Assembly (NCBI RefSeq): GCF_006345805.1
Contig: NC_042997.1
Span: 173,042,001-173,106,000, forward strand
DNA from: Octopus sinensis
Lineage: Eukaryota
DNA length: 64,000 nucleotides
Direction: 5' to 3'
Part shown: one piece after another, positions 37,961-52,440 of the stretch
How the letters are laid out: every line of letters starts with the position of its first letter
Numbering within the stretch: position 1 is the first letter of the stretch
Notes under the pieces: model-generated
Databases searched by the model: none
Seen by the model: only the letters and a program-made list of their open reading frames with translations
Told to the model about the DNA's origin: nothing
Translations under genes and position numbers: made by a program

Positions 37961-39649
37961 AGAAGGAACACGAAAAAACACCAAAACTCTCCATTGTAGG
38001 CCATGAGTTGTTGTTCAAAAGGAATTGTAATTCAACTACTCATCAAACCAATACTGTGTAACAACAGAATAATATTGATTATTGAGATTTTTGGTATAGG
38101 GTACATGTACGTTTTCAGCAATCAACAGATTAAGATTTGTAGGAGCGAACAATAAAAATTAACATTGTGATGTACATACATTTCTCAAATATATAATATA
38201 AATGAATGAAGATGGCTTTAGTTTTGATCGAAACTTGATCTTTTCTACAGATTTTGAAATCTTGTCTCCCCAAATTAATATTAATTATTGCATAGATGAG
38301 AGCAATATCCTTGCAAACCAAAACATTTTTCAATGTTGATAAAAGTTAATAAGGAAGTATATAGAAGTTTATATTAGGAGTGGCATTTTGAAAACCTTGA
38401 TGAAGTAAGTACCAGTTGAGCACTGGGGTCGATGTAATTGGCTAGTCCCACCCCACTAAAATTTCAGGCATTGCACCTTTAGCAGAAAGGACTATTATCG
38501 TTATTATTATCACAATTTATCTTGATTAGCAAATAAGAGGACTCTTGTACAGTTGTTCAATTACTGGAAATAACAACCAAATAACTGCTATGAATCAAAT
38601 CCCACTATCTTTAATAATGGATCACACATTGGACAATGTAATTCCTGATAATATAGAGAAACAAAATTTCATGGTCATACTTCTGTTTGATCATGTAGCA
38701 GACTCAGTGCTAAACAACTGCTGAAATGATGAGCTAAATTAGACAACAGGTGAAATTGTCTCTCTTTTTGCTTGATTACAACGAAAAGGTTTATCATAGC
38801 ATGTATTAATTAACTATTATCAAGTTATATGGTAATGAAAGAGCAGGAATGCTATTTAATTATCTTCAAATACTATCACAACAATAAAGTTTTAAAAAAA
38901 AAATAGACAATAGCCAGAAATCGAGTAGGCTTATACATACAAAGCTAATCCTATTAAGAGTGAAAAATAATACACACAGACAATATCTAAAATGATTACA
39001 ACTACTGCATAATTAAGTATGAGATATTGGAGAATATGTGTCAAAAGTGATGGTTAATAAAATATTAAAACAAAATTCAGTATTATATTAACTTTCAATT
39101 TCAAAAATAATTTTTGAAATTTATAATGCAGCGATAGGACTAGCATTGGGTGATGTTGTTGATGTTGGTTGGTCTTAGGTTTTCCCTGATCGAACAGATC
39201 TATTAACAAAAGCATTCCAGCCATAACCATCACATCATTATGTATATTGTAGCCTTACAATGTCTTATGCGTCCTTCTTTTAAGGCAGTCAATAGGGTGC
39301 AACTTAGATGTTTGACTATATTTGTACTGTAAATGTCAGTGTAGACTAGAGGCAGTCATGTTTCACCCTTTAACATTCTGATTACTCCATCAAATGTAAT
39401 GTTTATATCTTCACATTGCTTTGAATTAATCATGCATCATTTTGTAGCTTCAAGATTTTGATGAAGTGATTGTTATATATGACGGGCTTCTTTCAGTTTC
39501 CATCTACCAAATACACTCACAATTGATAGCTTCTGTAACCTAGGTGGGGATGCTTTGAGAGTGTAGCTGCTAGTATAAGAATAGCCTAGGCAAAGTCCAG
39601 AGAGCTCCTACCTTTACTGGTGACAAAGGGCCTCTTGCTCAGAGTAAAA

Positions 39650-40005
39650 GGTAGACTGTATGAAACTGCCAGATCAGATTGGAGTCTGGTGCAGCCTTCT
39701 GGCTTGCTAGCCCTCAGTTAAACTGTCTAATCCATACCAGCATGGAAAGCAGACGTTAAACTACGATGATGATGATGATGATGATGAGTGAGCTTGCAGA
39801 ATCATTGGCATGCCAGATCGAATGCTTAGCAGCATTTCAGTGGGCTTTACATTCAATGAGTTTGAATTCTATCAAGGTCAACTTTGCCTTTTATCTTTCG
39901 GGGTTAATAAAATAAGTAACAGTCAAGCAGTGAGGTTGATAAAATCAACTAGCTCTATACACCAAAATTTCAGACATTATGCCTATAGCAGAAAAGATTA
40001 TTTTT
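39650..40005 (+). mobile_element. SINE 3' end with (GAT)n tail followed directly by a SINE family B copy
   Basis: CATGGAAAGCAGACGTTAAA...GATGAT, then GAGCTTGCAGAATCATT... Confidence 0.8.
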
Positions 40006-40159
40006 AAGGAAGAACCAACTGGAGAAGTAGGGATCAACTTTGCTGTTTATTCTTGGAGAAAAGGGGTTAAATCAGTCCAATGGTATTGGGTTGTTTGTAT
40101 TCTTCATAATTTGTGGCCTTATTGTACCAATGTTCAAAATCCTTGATTATCACAGCAAT

Positions 40160-40327
40160 AACCTATAATAATAGGAGCAATACAGTTGTATAATTTCGTG
40201 TAATTATAGTGCAAGAAAGTGTGATGTAATTATTGGGAACACAGGGTGTAGTAAGGCATGATGTAAATTATATGGATAGGAACACCAAGTGCAGTGAAGC
40301 ATGATGTAATTATAGGAGAACACTGTG
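40160..40327. repeat. Degenerate ~40-bp minisatellite
   Basis: TGATGTAATTAT...GAACAC recurs three times, with more diverged units upstream. Confidence 0.7.
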
Positions 40328-43300
40328 AAAATCAAATCACTTGTAAGTAAATTCAACCACATGGAAATATACAAGATGGTGATTCCAGAAGGTGTATTTT
40401 TAAAGAGAAAAGCTTAAACAACCAATATACTCAACTTTAGATGAATGAAACAATGATGAAGCCTTTAGGTGGTTGCCTGACCTACTAGAGATAGCAGTTA
40501 TACCTTGCCTGCCAAATGACACCTTACCGTCTTAAAAGTGGATTGTCATGGCAGGAAAGCATTTGATGCTACACCTGCTCACAACTGACTTGAAGTGAAA
40601 CATCTATCACAGCCTTAGAAGTATGAAATGGTTTCAGTGCATGCACCCATGATAAGACAAGGTATTTTACATCTCTAGCAGAAGGCTGTAAATTGTGGGA
40701 GAGAGTGTATAGTAGATTAAAATGAGCCTACTACAAATGTACTTATTGTGATAACCCTGGCAAATGAAAGGTAACTCTTGGTGGACTTTCAACTGAAAAT
40801 GTAAAAGGACTTAACTAAAGAATACAAGTCGGTTTATGTCATATTTGGTGATCTAAAGGGCAAGAATTTGAAGAGAATCTGTTAGGTTACATTTAACGAT
40901 TTATCATTTAGATTACCCAGTCAAATGTAATGCTGATTTATTCACATCATTTGATTTGATCATACATTATCACATAGCTTGAAGACTTTGAAGATGTGAT
41001 TGTTTATTTTCAGAATGTCAGAATGATATTGTAGGGTAGGTGTGAGAAGCCAAATCCAGTTGGTCTGAATATAAAACAGGTAGATTATTTGGGTTGGATA
41101 TAGCTGGTTTAAATTTATATCAGCAAAGTTGCATTTTTTGTATTGAGATAATATCTGAAATCCAAGGAGACAAGTGGTCATGTGTCAGTAAAAATTAATC
41201 CATAAAAGTTTGTAGATAAAAATATATTAGAGAGTTGATTTGCTGTGAGGAGTAACAAAAATCCAGCATTTCAGACACTTGATTCCCTTTCTCTAGAAAG
41301 AATATGATAGGTTGATAACAAGGTCACAGAACGTTTTGCATTAGTTGAAAGATATTAAACAATCCAAAAACTCATGAGAACTATATTGAAAAAGATTTAA
41401 AGGCGTCATAACCAAATAAAATAGATAAATGGCCGACATCACTTTTCATTTCCCTTGCATTGGTTGCAATAAAATTAAGTATCAGCTTAACATTGTATTG
41501 TCTTAGCTAACTATTCTCATCCCACCCCTGTTCTGAAAGTATTACTCAATGCTGTTAGTTCATACTGATATTACGCTGTCTTTCCTTCCAGTAGACAGGA
41601 TTGCAGCTGAAAATAACTGATTCAATCTCTTTCCATCAAATGGAATAATGCAAAGTTTTAAGTTTGGGGACTGACTTATGTAGGCCACTCAGTTAAAATC
41701 AATCTCATTCTCATGGCATGGTTATGGAACCATTTTCAAAAATAGCACAAGCAAGAGGAATCCCTATGAGAGTGGGTCAAAATGCTTAAAACTATGAATC
41801 TGCACTCATGCCTTAATAACTATTACAGAATATCTTATGACAGCGAACTGTTGTTATAAGGCTACGGAGAGACTTCATAGCATTTGCCAGTTGAAACCAA
41901 CATTTAATACCATTGCTACCTTCACATAACCACAACAACAGTTCCACCTTTGCATAAATGTCATCGCAACAGCACCAACATCATTTGTGTTAATCTCTTG
42001 TTTTTCAAGGTGAACCTAGGTTACACAAATCTTCGTCAAATACAGCATTTATTCATATACCACAATTCAGAGTTACCGTTTCTATTAGGCATTAGATTCT
42101 TAATTGTAACTTACTTCAAATCAGCCCATCCTTGATCTACTCCTAACTTTACATAACTCTTACATATTGCTTAGTTTGATTTGCTGTCACTGTCATTATT
42201 ATCATCATCATCATTATTTCAATAGTAATATTTTGTACAATGTACCTCAGACACATGCAATAATTTACCATTACTTGTGTTTTGACTCATTATGTACTGA
42301 ATTCAAACCCAGCCATTTATCTAAGGTCTATAAAATAAAGTACCTTTCATGTTAACATAACAGCTCCGCCCCACCAATTTCAGGCCTGATGTCAGTGTAA
42401 GAAGTCATCATCATCATCATCATCACTGCCTTTCATTCTCCCAGTGCTGATAAAGTACCAGTCAAGTACTGGGGGTCAATTCAGTACAGTAATAGAAAGA
42501 CTACTTTGTGGTATTAGTTTCAACTCTATGTTTAAATACCACTAGTATCAGCTTTGCCTTTCATCCCGACTCCCCAGCCAATATGATATTGTGTAGCTAC
42601 CACATCACAAAATATTTGTTCCTAAATTATAAACAACACAACAGTCATCACTATTGTTACTACCATCAATAAAGGGCAATGGATGACAGAATCAGTAGAT
42701 TTAATTACATTTTTTTAATGTTCTTAGCTCAAATCATAGTAAATCAAATAGAGTGCCAAAATCATTCGAGCCTTGCAGCAATTATACTAGTTCTGAGATC
42801 AAATCCAACAAAGTCAACTCTGCCATTCATCCTCCTAGGGTTAACAAAGTACCAGTCAACTACTAACTTTGGTATACTTAACTGTTCCCTGCCCACTAAA
42901 TCTATGGCATTCCGTCTTATGGTAAAACAACAGTATGGGATTGTATAATTGGTACTTTGAATTACCATATTAACTCAGGTATGTTGCATCCCTAATTTCA
43001 TAGTTATAGCTTTACCCTGTGTGTATGAATTGCACCCCAGTTTTTTTCCCAGTTAAAGTATGAAATAGTGCAGCTTATATATGAATAAATGCGGTAAATT
43101 AATTTGTGGCATTTGATTCCATCCTTTTACACCTGGCTGACATCATGTTTTTTTTTTCTTCAATAGGAAACTAGGACAACCTGATGTGAGTGTAATTAAC
43201 TGGTGAATGCATTTGAAAGTGGTGATGCATGTCCAAAGACCAATTAATGAAATCGGTAAAAGAATAAGATACTGGTGAGACATGAGTTTGTGAACTACTT

Positions 43301-44045
43301 TCAAGTTTTGACTAAAGTACATTCTCTTAAACACACACACACAGCTGCAAAAATACAATAAAGTCTAGAAGAAAGGCATGCCCACCACAAAGGTCTCTTC
43401 TTTCACACAAAGGATATTTTATTAAATTGTAATCTTAAGTCTATAAATTTATAACATCTGTTTGCACCTGTAGCTGTTGGTGAATTCAGTCCACACCATT
43501 ACTTTTCAATTATGGCACCAATGTTCTTCAGAGAACCATTAACTTTAATACTCAATGTCTGAGAAATTATAATTGCAATTATAATAATTATATTCACTGG
43601 AATTATTTAATTTGTAAGTAATTATCTAATTAATAATGTATTAATGAAACTGCTGAAATATCATTTCACATGGTGAAAGCTATTTTCATGCAAATATTCT
43701 CTAAATCTTATTTAATTTGTCTCCACATAATGGTATTGTTTTTCTTGGGGTTTTTTTCATTGTAATAACTACTTGTTTGACATGACCTTTCATTTTTACT
43801 AAATACAACTAAAGCCTTGCTATTTTCAAAATTGATTGTAACAAATGTGGCCACGAAAGATAACTGTATCATATGACTTTGTCTGTCTACATCTTTATGT
43901 TTAGAGTACCAAGGAATGCTGAAAAGGTTGTGGCTAGATTATACATCAGGTGAGTGGAAACAGGAGTAAAAATGCAAATAAAATCAAAGTAACTTCAAAG
44001 TAGAAGGCAACTGTCAAAGGTATAGTAGATATGGAAAGATACACA

Positions 44046-44465
44046 TTAACACTTTTGTTACTGTATTTATTTTGAAATGCTCAGTGTTTCTCTCAATTAA
44101 TTTTAACCCTTTAGCATTTAAACTGGCCATATCTGGCCAAAATATTCTCCCTTGTTATAATGTTCAAATTGGCCAGATCTAGCCTCTCACACCAGCCCTA
44201 CTATATAATTCTAAATATGAATAGTTACTTCATCAAAATCTCAAAGCTACAAGATAATGCAGGATTAATTTAAAACAATGTGAATAAATAAGCATTACTT
44301 TTGGCAGAATAACGTGAATACTAAAGAATTTAGTAAAATAACTTAGTTATCATTCAGCTAGTGTTAGGAACATAAATTGTGACTAAAGTTTGGTGGAAGA
44401 TTTTAAAACTTATGAAAACAAGTGCGCCAAAGTCAGTTTCAGCCAGGTTGGTATTGAGAGGTTAA
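44046..44465 (-). mobile_element. piggyBac MITE P1 containing a nested P2 MITE (44103-44326)
   Basis: P1 sequence interrupted at an internal TTAA by TTAACCCTTTAGCATTTAAACTGGCC. Confidence 0.85.
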
Positions 44466-44509
44466 TATGACAATAGAGGTGAAGAGGGTGTATCTATGTA
44501 GATGTATGT

Positions 44510-45118
44510 GTGCAAAATGGTTCTGGGTCCAGCCCCAGTGTGTGGCATCTTGGGTAAGTGTTTTCTATCATAGCCTCAGGCCAACCAAAGACTTGTGAAT
44601 GGATGATAGATGGAAACTGACAGAAGCTCATCATACTCACACACACATGTAGTTGTTGTTGTTAAGCAACAAGACAGGTAAGGGTGATTAGGTGATGGTC
44701 TAGGGCTTAGGGGTGGGAGACCCCAGAACTTGGGGGGGGGGACTTCGGTCATCTTGTTGTAGCCGAGGACTCTTCGTTGACGTCCAACACCACTGGGAGG
44801 TGGCCCTCAAAGTCACTGGAAATGGAGATCTCCAGGTCCAAATTCTTGAACGACCACACATATGTATGTACATGTGAGTAAGAGTCTGTATGTTCCATCA
44901 TTGTTGTAAAATTGTCACTGTCATACAAGTAGCGTCATTCATTTCCAATATTCTATGGAAATATCTCTGGCCATGAGGGAAATATAAACTTGTTGAGAAA
45001 CAGGTGAGGGTTAGCAACAGGAAGGGCATTCGACAATAAGAAATCTATCTCAACAAAGTGTCCGACACATGCAAGAATGGAAAAGTGGGTATTAAAATGA
45101 TGATGATGATGATGATGT
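44510..45118 (+). mobile_element. SINE family A interrupted by a retroposed fragment
   Basis: Head/core at 44515-44630, 3' part to the (GAT)n tail at ~45100. Confidence 0.75.
44652..44854 (-). mobile_element. 5'-truncated retroposed fragment with (AAC)n tail
   Basis: GC-rich; near-TSD CACAC(A/T)..ATGTA at 44640-44651 and 44855-44866; minus frame SFKNLDLEISISSDFEGHLPVVLDVNEESSATTR*. Confidence 0.7.
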
Positions 45119-45357
45119 TGGTGACACACAAATAGAAAGAGAAACATAGAAAGGCGTAGTTGCATGAATGGAGAAATGTTCATGTTCATTAAGATACATT
45201 GAAATAAACCTTATGAAACACACACACGCTTCTATATATTCAAACACACCCACCCACAAACATGAACACTAAGTCAGAAAAATTGATTTAACACAAGAGA
45301 GAACATAGCTCAAATGCAGTAGAATTCCAATATTTCTTATTAATTTGCTTGCATCAC

Positions 45358-45450
45358 CTCAGAATTGGGTCCATTTTCTAATCTGCATGAGTTCATTGAT
45401 ACAGTTGGTGGACAGTCAGATGAGGAGTGCAGATTACCATTAATAGACAT
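45358..45450 (-). CDS. Candidate N-terminal coding exon (31 codons), unverified
   Basis: AAAATG context, MSINGNLHSSSDCPPTVSMNSCRLENGPNSE, donor GAG|GTGATG, upstream poly-T/AG; no homology recognised. Confidence 0.25.
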
Positions 45451-46568
45451 TTTATAGCATCTATTAAAATCTATCTTGATAAATGATGGAGTGAAAAAAA
45501 AAAAAAAACTCTTGGTATAATAACAATATATATGTGCATATATATAAACACATATACATATACACACACACACACACACACATACATACATACATTAAGA
45601 TGGGAAGGCACATGTATCTATCTGTTTATCTTTCTGGAGATTTTCAAATGGGTAGAATAATAAATTTGATGGGCCATGGTTGTACTCATCAAAACTGTGG
45701 TCAGAAACAGAGGAAAAAATAATAAAATAAAATAAAATAAAAAAATAATCTAAGTAATAAATAGTACTTATTGCATGCCACAACAACCAGCATCATAACA
45801 TCATGCAATTTGCGTGGAAGCTCTAAGACGTCTTTCCCCGGAGACCAACCAGGAGTATTCTGGCAAAATAAACCTGGACTCACTCACTAGCAAGCGCATG
45901 CGCGCACATACATAGATGGACGGACACAAGCGCACACACTGGCACACACACACACAAGCACTTGTTCAGTCACTGATGGGATTTCATGATTATAAAAAGC
46001 CAGGTAAGAGCTGTGTTCATTGCCAACTTTTGTGAAGAATAAATATTGATTGCTCGCATGCATGACAAAACATTAATGTAATGTGTAACAGTCAAGTAAG
46101 TCGTTCGTTGTTCTCATACAATATTATTGCGTATTGGCTGCCGACAAAAGTTTTGTGTCTAAAACGACTTTTTCCAAAGATGATGATGACGACGGAGAAG
46201 AAGAAGAAGAAGAAGAGGAGGAAGGAGATAAAGAAGAAGACACAGAAGAATGCATACATAGGAAAATTTCCACAATTTATTATTTATTTCTAAGTCTATC
46301 TATATATCAGTAATAGGAATTGAAGGAGAAACGGTAAATGTCTCTCCAGGATTTCTAATAGCGGTAGGGTGAAATACATGCTGGTAGTTATAGGAAAATA
46401 AAAATTTTAAATAAATATAAAAGTAATAAATGAAAAAATGTAATGGTTAAATTCAGATATGGTTTGAAAAATTTCAGAAAAGGTACAGAAAGATCTTCAC
46501 ATGATTGCTAACAACAGTAATATTCTTTTGCAATGTAACTACTGGAATGTATGTTTGTATGTATGTAA

Positions 46569-46615
<47 letters not shown>

Positions 46616-47844
46616 GAGAGAGAGACAGAGAGACAGACAGACAAGCAGGCAGAAAGGTAGAAGTAGGGAGGGTGGGGAGATAGGGTGTATATTATTGATC
46701 TAAAACTAGCAAGGTCATATGGTGTAAAATAATATTTTAGTAAATTTAAACCACTTACTAAAAATACTCTGAAATTATATACATGCATGCATGCATGCAC
46801 ATACACACACACATGCACATACATACATACACAAACGCATGATAGGTAGTTCTGGAGAAATTGTAAAAAAATGCTACAGCACAGACAGAAAGTAGATGCG
46901 TGTTATGTATAACAGGTGAGATGGAAAGAGACTCAAACTCTTCGTATACAAAGAATGCGAGTACAATTTGTTCTGAGTGGATAACAGGTCTGGAGTGAAA
47001 GAAGTAGTGATCTATAATATTTGCATAGAAATGGAGAGACTAACTGACTACTATTGTGTAACTCTCAAGTCAGTCCTGATCAAGCAAATTTCGTGAGCAA
47101 AGGTGCTCCAGCTGCCATCTTCCAGTTTTGTAAACTGGCCCCCACCCACACATCACGGACTACACTGTTCAATGTATCTTTTTTTTCTATTTAAGAAGAC
47201 ATGATATAAGGGAGACTTGGGGGTTATTTGTAGTAAGTTGAAGAATGAAGTAGAGGGTCTCTTACTGCATAGAATAACTTTATACGCAGCTCAACAAAGG
47301 CATTCATCTCTAGCCAAGAATTCAAGTGACAGATGAAACTGACCTCATGATTATAGCTCATGGCTTTTATGGATATATAGGGTGTTTACTCTCTGCAATG
47401 TATATATGGAAGCTATGACAAGGTTCTTGGAGTTCCGTGATGCAAATGGCTGAAACATTTGCACTATACATTTCAAAAAACCTATCAGCCAGTCACTCAG
47501 GAGAACATGTCACCTACATAGATTTCATGTTCAACAGGAAACAGGATAGATAAACCTACCATAGAGCGTGTTGCTGAATGTTGAAAATATCTAGGAGACT
47601 AGAGCACATCAGTAGAAAGGCATCTACAGATGCACTAAATAGACAGACCAATGTAATAACATTACTTTGTACATGAAACTTTGGATCAGATGCAATTTGG
47701 CTTGGTGCAAGGAAGAAGTAAACAATGAACACAGAAAGGGTGTAGTGCAACAGAGGCAGGTAAGCCAACAGAAAAGGTGGACCTCATATGCTGCAGGAAG
47801 AAAATGGGCAATAATTGCCAGGAATATACAGGATATCTCTCTTT

Positions 47845-48152
47845 TATTTCTTTTACTTGTTTCAATCATTTGACTGTGGCCATGCTAGAGCACTGCCTTT
47901 AGTCGAGAAAATCGACCCCAGTACTTATTCTTTGTAAGCCTAGTACTTATTTTATTGGTCCCTTTTGCTGAACCACTAAGTTATGGGGACGTAAACACAC
48001 CAGCATCGGTTGTCAAGTGATGTTGGGGTGGCAAACACAGACACACATATACATATATACGACAGGCTTCTTTCAGTTTCTGTCTACCAAATCCACTCAC
48101 AAAGCTTTAGTTGACCTGAGGTTATAGTAGAAGACACTTGCCCAAGGTGCCA
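47845..48152 (-). mobile_element. SINE family A (5'-truncated)
   Basis: TTTTACTTGTTTCAATCATTTGACTGTGGCCATGC...AGAAGACACTTGCCCAAGGTGCC. Confidence 0.88.
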
Positions 48153-51100
48153 CTACTTTCTTAAATGCCAAGTAGGCTCCTCAGAAGTAGTTGATAGGTG
48201 ATAGCTTCTATTATCTAGGTGATCACAGTAACAATTAGGATGACTGTTCTGAAAGAATAGTATCCAGTGTAAGACCAGTTACTGGCCAAACTCACTCCAA
48301 TATGAAGTGGAAATTTAGATTCAAATAGGGACCACTGGTTACTAATAGTACTAATGCCTTAATAACAAAACAACAGAGGCCCCTATATTTTGCTCAACCT
48401 GCAAGCAATAACAACCAAATCATTCTCAAACAACAATCTACGACTTTAACCTTCTTTTATCATATTTCTGTCGAAATACGCTGCCTTTAGTTCAGTCAAT
48501 TTTTAAAATAAGGAATTCAGTAAAATACTTTAATTAATAAGTTTGTGTTTGAAACAAATTCACGTGAAATTTTGATAGAAGGCTTTTAATTTCGATCACC
48601 AGGGGCAATCTCAAGTAGGTTGGTATCAAAGGCATTAAAAAGTAAAGGGCAAATTTGACAATGGAATTGTATGCATAAGGCAGTGCTCCAGCATGGCTGT
48701 AGTCAAATGACTGAAACAAGTAAAAGGATAAAAGACAAGATTGGCTATATATGGAATGCCACTAACTCTACTTGATGAGGGCTAACCAGAGGTAGAAGAA
48801 CAAGATGAAACCTAAACCATTCGATAGATAACTTTATTCGTGCTAGCTGGAGTTTGACTGTATTCCAAAAGACAATGGAAGCTAAAAATAGAAGTCTGAA
48901 GTCTCACTTCTAAATTAACTTGAAATGTTTGCAACAAATTTGTGTAAATAATTATGACAGGCACCTCTCTCTCTCTCTTTCGCGCGCACACACACACACA
49001 CACACAGATAATTAAAGTGAAATATTTTAATCATTCCAATAGATCCAACTGGTCTGGAAAAAGAAGCAGTTACTTCCTGTTTCCCTTTCAACCACAACCA
49101 CCGTTCCTCATCAAAAACAGATCCCTTTTCTACCTTTTATAAAAAGAAAAAAACAAAGGCTAGAACAGCAACAACAAAATCATCAAAAATGATTTTGTTT
49201 ATTCTGCAGATATTTTCAAATTTTATGAAAAACGGGAAACAAAGGTAGAGCAGGATGCACAAAGAAAGGATAACGAGATAGGTGGAGGGCGGAGACAGAG
49301 AGCAAGAAAGAATCTATTTTAGAGTATTTAATGATAATTCAAATACTAATTATGCTTTAAAGAAATAGAAGAAAAGAGGAAAAAGCACATATAATTTGGC
49401 AAGAAAATATAAAAAAAAAAAAAAAAATACTATTTCTAGTAGACAGATAGATCGTTTGTGTGAGCTTGTGCAAGTGTATTTCAAGTAGATACCAGCCATT
49501 TATGTGCGAGTGTAAGTAAGTCAATATGAGAGATAGATATTTTGTAAGCATTAACAGTAAGACTGACAAAACACAACCGCAACCCACACACACACACACA
49601 CGAAGAATTCACTACACACAGAACAGATACAACACAAACAGAGAGTTATTTACTCTGACAGCCTTTTCACTTTAATTTCTGTATATAAAATCAAATTGTT
49701 TCTAATAAAATAATGGTTTAGGTTTTTAAAAAGAAAGAAAAACAGAAACTGAAAACATTCACAATCAGCAACGCTGCAGCGATATAATGTAACAGTTATA
49801 CAATATAAATGAAAAGACAAGAATATATATAAAAATCCTCCTTCACTCTATATGACATTCTTCTTTTTTATTCTTTTTATATTTTGTAAACCTATATAAG
49901 ATTAGGTCTCTAATGAATGATTTCAAGCATCTTTGAGATGTATATCCATGAAAATAACAAGAAGAAAGAAAAAAAATTAAAAAAAGAAAAACATTCACAC
50001 AAATACGTTTGTTAAGAAAGAAAACAAAGCACATTTGTTCAGTTGTCAGTCACAATTTATAATAACCAAAAAAAGAACATTGAGCTATAATTATTTTATT
50101 GCAAACAATCTTGAGACAAAACTTCAAATGAGAGGAGAGAAAATACAATTAGGTTCACGTGACTTTTCATCAAAGAGGAACACCAACAAAAATCCTATAG
50201 GCTATCTTTACAAATTTTTTCTCCCCTTTTCACCTTACATGTATGTATGTGTGTGTGTGTGTATATGTGTGTGAAGGTGTCTCTAAGCAGAGATAGAATC
50301 AACATATGATACGCCACACAGAGCTGACAGTTATGGCTACCATATCACACCTGGAGGGGAAATAAAAGTTGAACCATCCATTTTTGTTTTTATCTCACTT
50401 TTGAATCCACTCGGAATTCTGAGTTGAAAGTGAAGCCAGGAAACAAGTAATACATAATTTGTTTACTTGCACTTCTATTATAGCTGATTTGAAGCCTAGA
50501 GAACATGCAGTCAATCTGTGAAAAATAGCAGCCAAATCAACCTTAAATCTAAAACCGTACCATCTTATAAAGAAAGGAAGGAGACATTAGCGAATGAAGC
50601 CTTCAATACAAACAAAAGCAAAGGCAGTCACAATAAATATATCTTTCAGGCCTATTCAATCCCATGTGAACGAGGGTCAATTAGATCGCAACTACAACAG
50701 AGCACTGGCCTACAGATGTGCATACATACAGCTAAGTAGGCTGGGCTGTTAAGAATTAAGCGTCTTCTCATAAGGGGCATAGGATTACCTCAGAATGAAG
50801 CATCAGTAACAAATGAGTGAATAAAATTTGCAATAAAGTTTTGATTAAAACTTATTTTAAGAGTGGGGGCTGTATACCAACTTAATATGTTCATGGTTGG
50901 GTACATGACTTGTGAGGGACACCAAAGTGGAGTATGAGAGAAAAAGTTAGGCACAGGGCCAAAACATTAAAAAAACACTACCTCTTGGTTGGCTTTCCAG
51001 TACTCTATGTCTCACACTTTCTTTCAGATGTCAATGATAGAGGAGTTTATATATCAAATACTACACTAAAGCATCATTCAATACTTTTAGTAGAGTAACA

Positions 51101-51199
51101 CATATTTTATATTTACAATATAGATTACCTGTAGCATAGATATGACCACTGGGAATTTCTAAGAAATAATCTGCTTTGGACTATGTATGTGGCTGGGAT

Positions 51200-51680
51200 G
51201 GAGTCCCAACCAAGTTCAAAGTAGCATGAGGTGGGAAAATGATACAGTTGATAGAGTGACAACAACTAAGAGATAAGTTTGTAAAACCTGAAAGGGAAGT
51301 AGGAGTAGGGAGCATTACCAAATGACCAGAAGGACAGCTCCAGTGTCAGGTATACTTGGCTAAGAGTGAGGGAGGCAGGAAGGGATTTGTGCATTCGTGC
51401 CATGTCTTGAAACTGTGAGGATCAGAGGTATAAAGCATTCAGGGTTGTGAGGTAGTGTTGAGAGAGAACCAAAATGTCATTGGTGAAAAGTGTATCCAGA
51501 AATATGTGGCAGAAAATAAAGGGCCATGGAAGTGCTATTATGGGGCTGTGAACATAGAGGATGCATTGGATAAAGAGGAGTGGTTTTCCCCTCATGCTGA
51601 TGCTAGAGAGGGGCCAACCAAGTTGACAAGGGCATGGAAGATAAAACAATCAAGGACCTGAAGACAGGGAAAGCTATGGG
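51200..51680 (+). pseudogene. Decayed RTE-clade LINE ORF fragment
   Basis: RENQNVIGEKCI...WKCYY...NIEDALDKE...EGP...KTGKA resembles the EN-RT linker of RTE elements. Confidence 0.6.
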
Positions 51681-52440
51681 TACATTAACATCATCATCAT
51701 TTACAGTACATGCACCATGCTGGCAAAGGTAGGACAATTTTTCAGGGCTTGATGGGTTGAAGGACTGCATCATGTTTCCCAGTACTTTGGCATGGTTGCT
51801 ATGGCTGGATGTTCTTGCCAACACCAACCATTTTGCAGCAAATATTGCATGTTTTTATCATGTCCACCAGCACTAGTAAGTTCACCATGCAGCTTGTAAA
51901 ATTATGAACCCTGAGAGAAGAGGATTTACGTTAAGAGATGAGGAATTAAAGAATGACAGGAGCCAGAGCAGAGCAGGTGTCTTGCTGTAGAGGGGCTGCA
52001 CAGCAACTCCCTTTTTAAAAGGAAGAATAGGAAACATTAGGGTGGAGCAGGGAATAAATAAAAATGATGGTGTGGTATCTGACTGGACCCTCTAGGTATG
52101 ATGCAACTAGAAATGAGTGGGGGCAAAAGGATCAGGAATGCTGGTGAGTGTATATATATACACAAAATTTAGAGGACTGACCACTAAAAGTGGACAGCCT
52201 ATATGCTAGATATAGACGTCAAATCGCCATTTTCCACGAAGAATGTGTTCTCAAGAAAAAACTCAGCAGAAAAACCAAAGTGTAAAAATAAGCAAGACAA
52301 ATGAAAATATTTGAAATAAAAAATTTTGTATGTATAACAATTTTTAATCTTCGGATTTTTTAAAATATGGTGAGGCCAATGGTTTTAATTGATTGATATC
52401 AATTTCTACCCTTATTTAATTATATATATATATATATACG

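Noticed and set aside
40160-40327. CRISPR-like array (also 4660-4945)
   Set aside because: Eukaryotic context, degenerate repeats, related spacers, no cas genes
47540-47830. 68-aa ORF MKLWIRCNLAWCKEEV...
   Set aside because: More likely a very decayed LINE fragment; too weak to call either way
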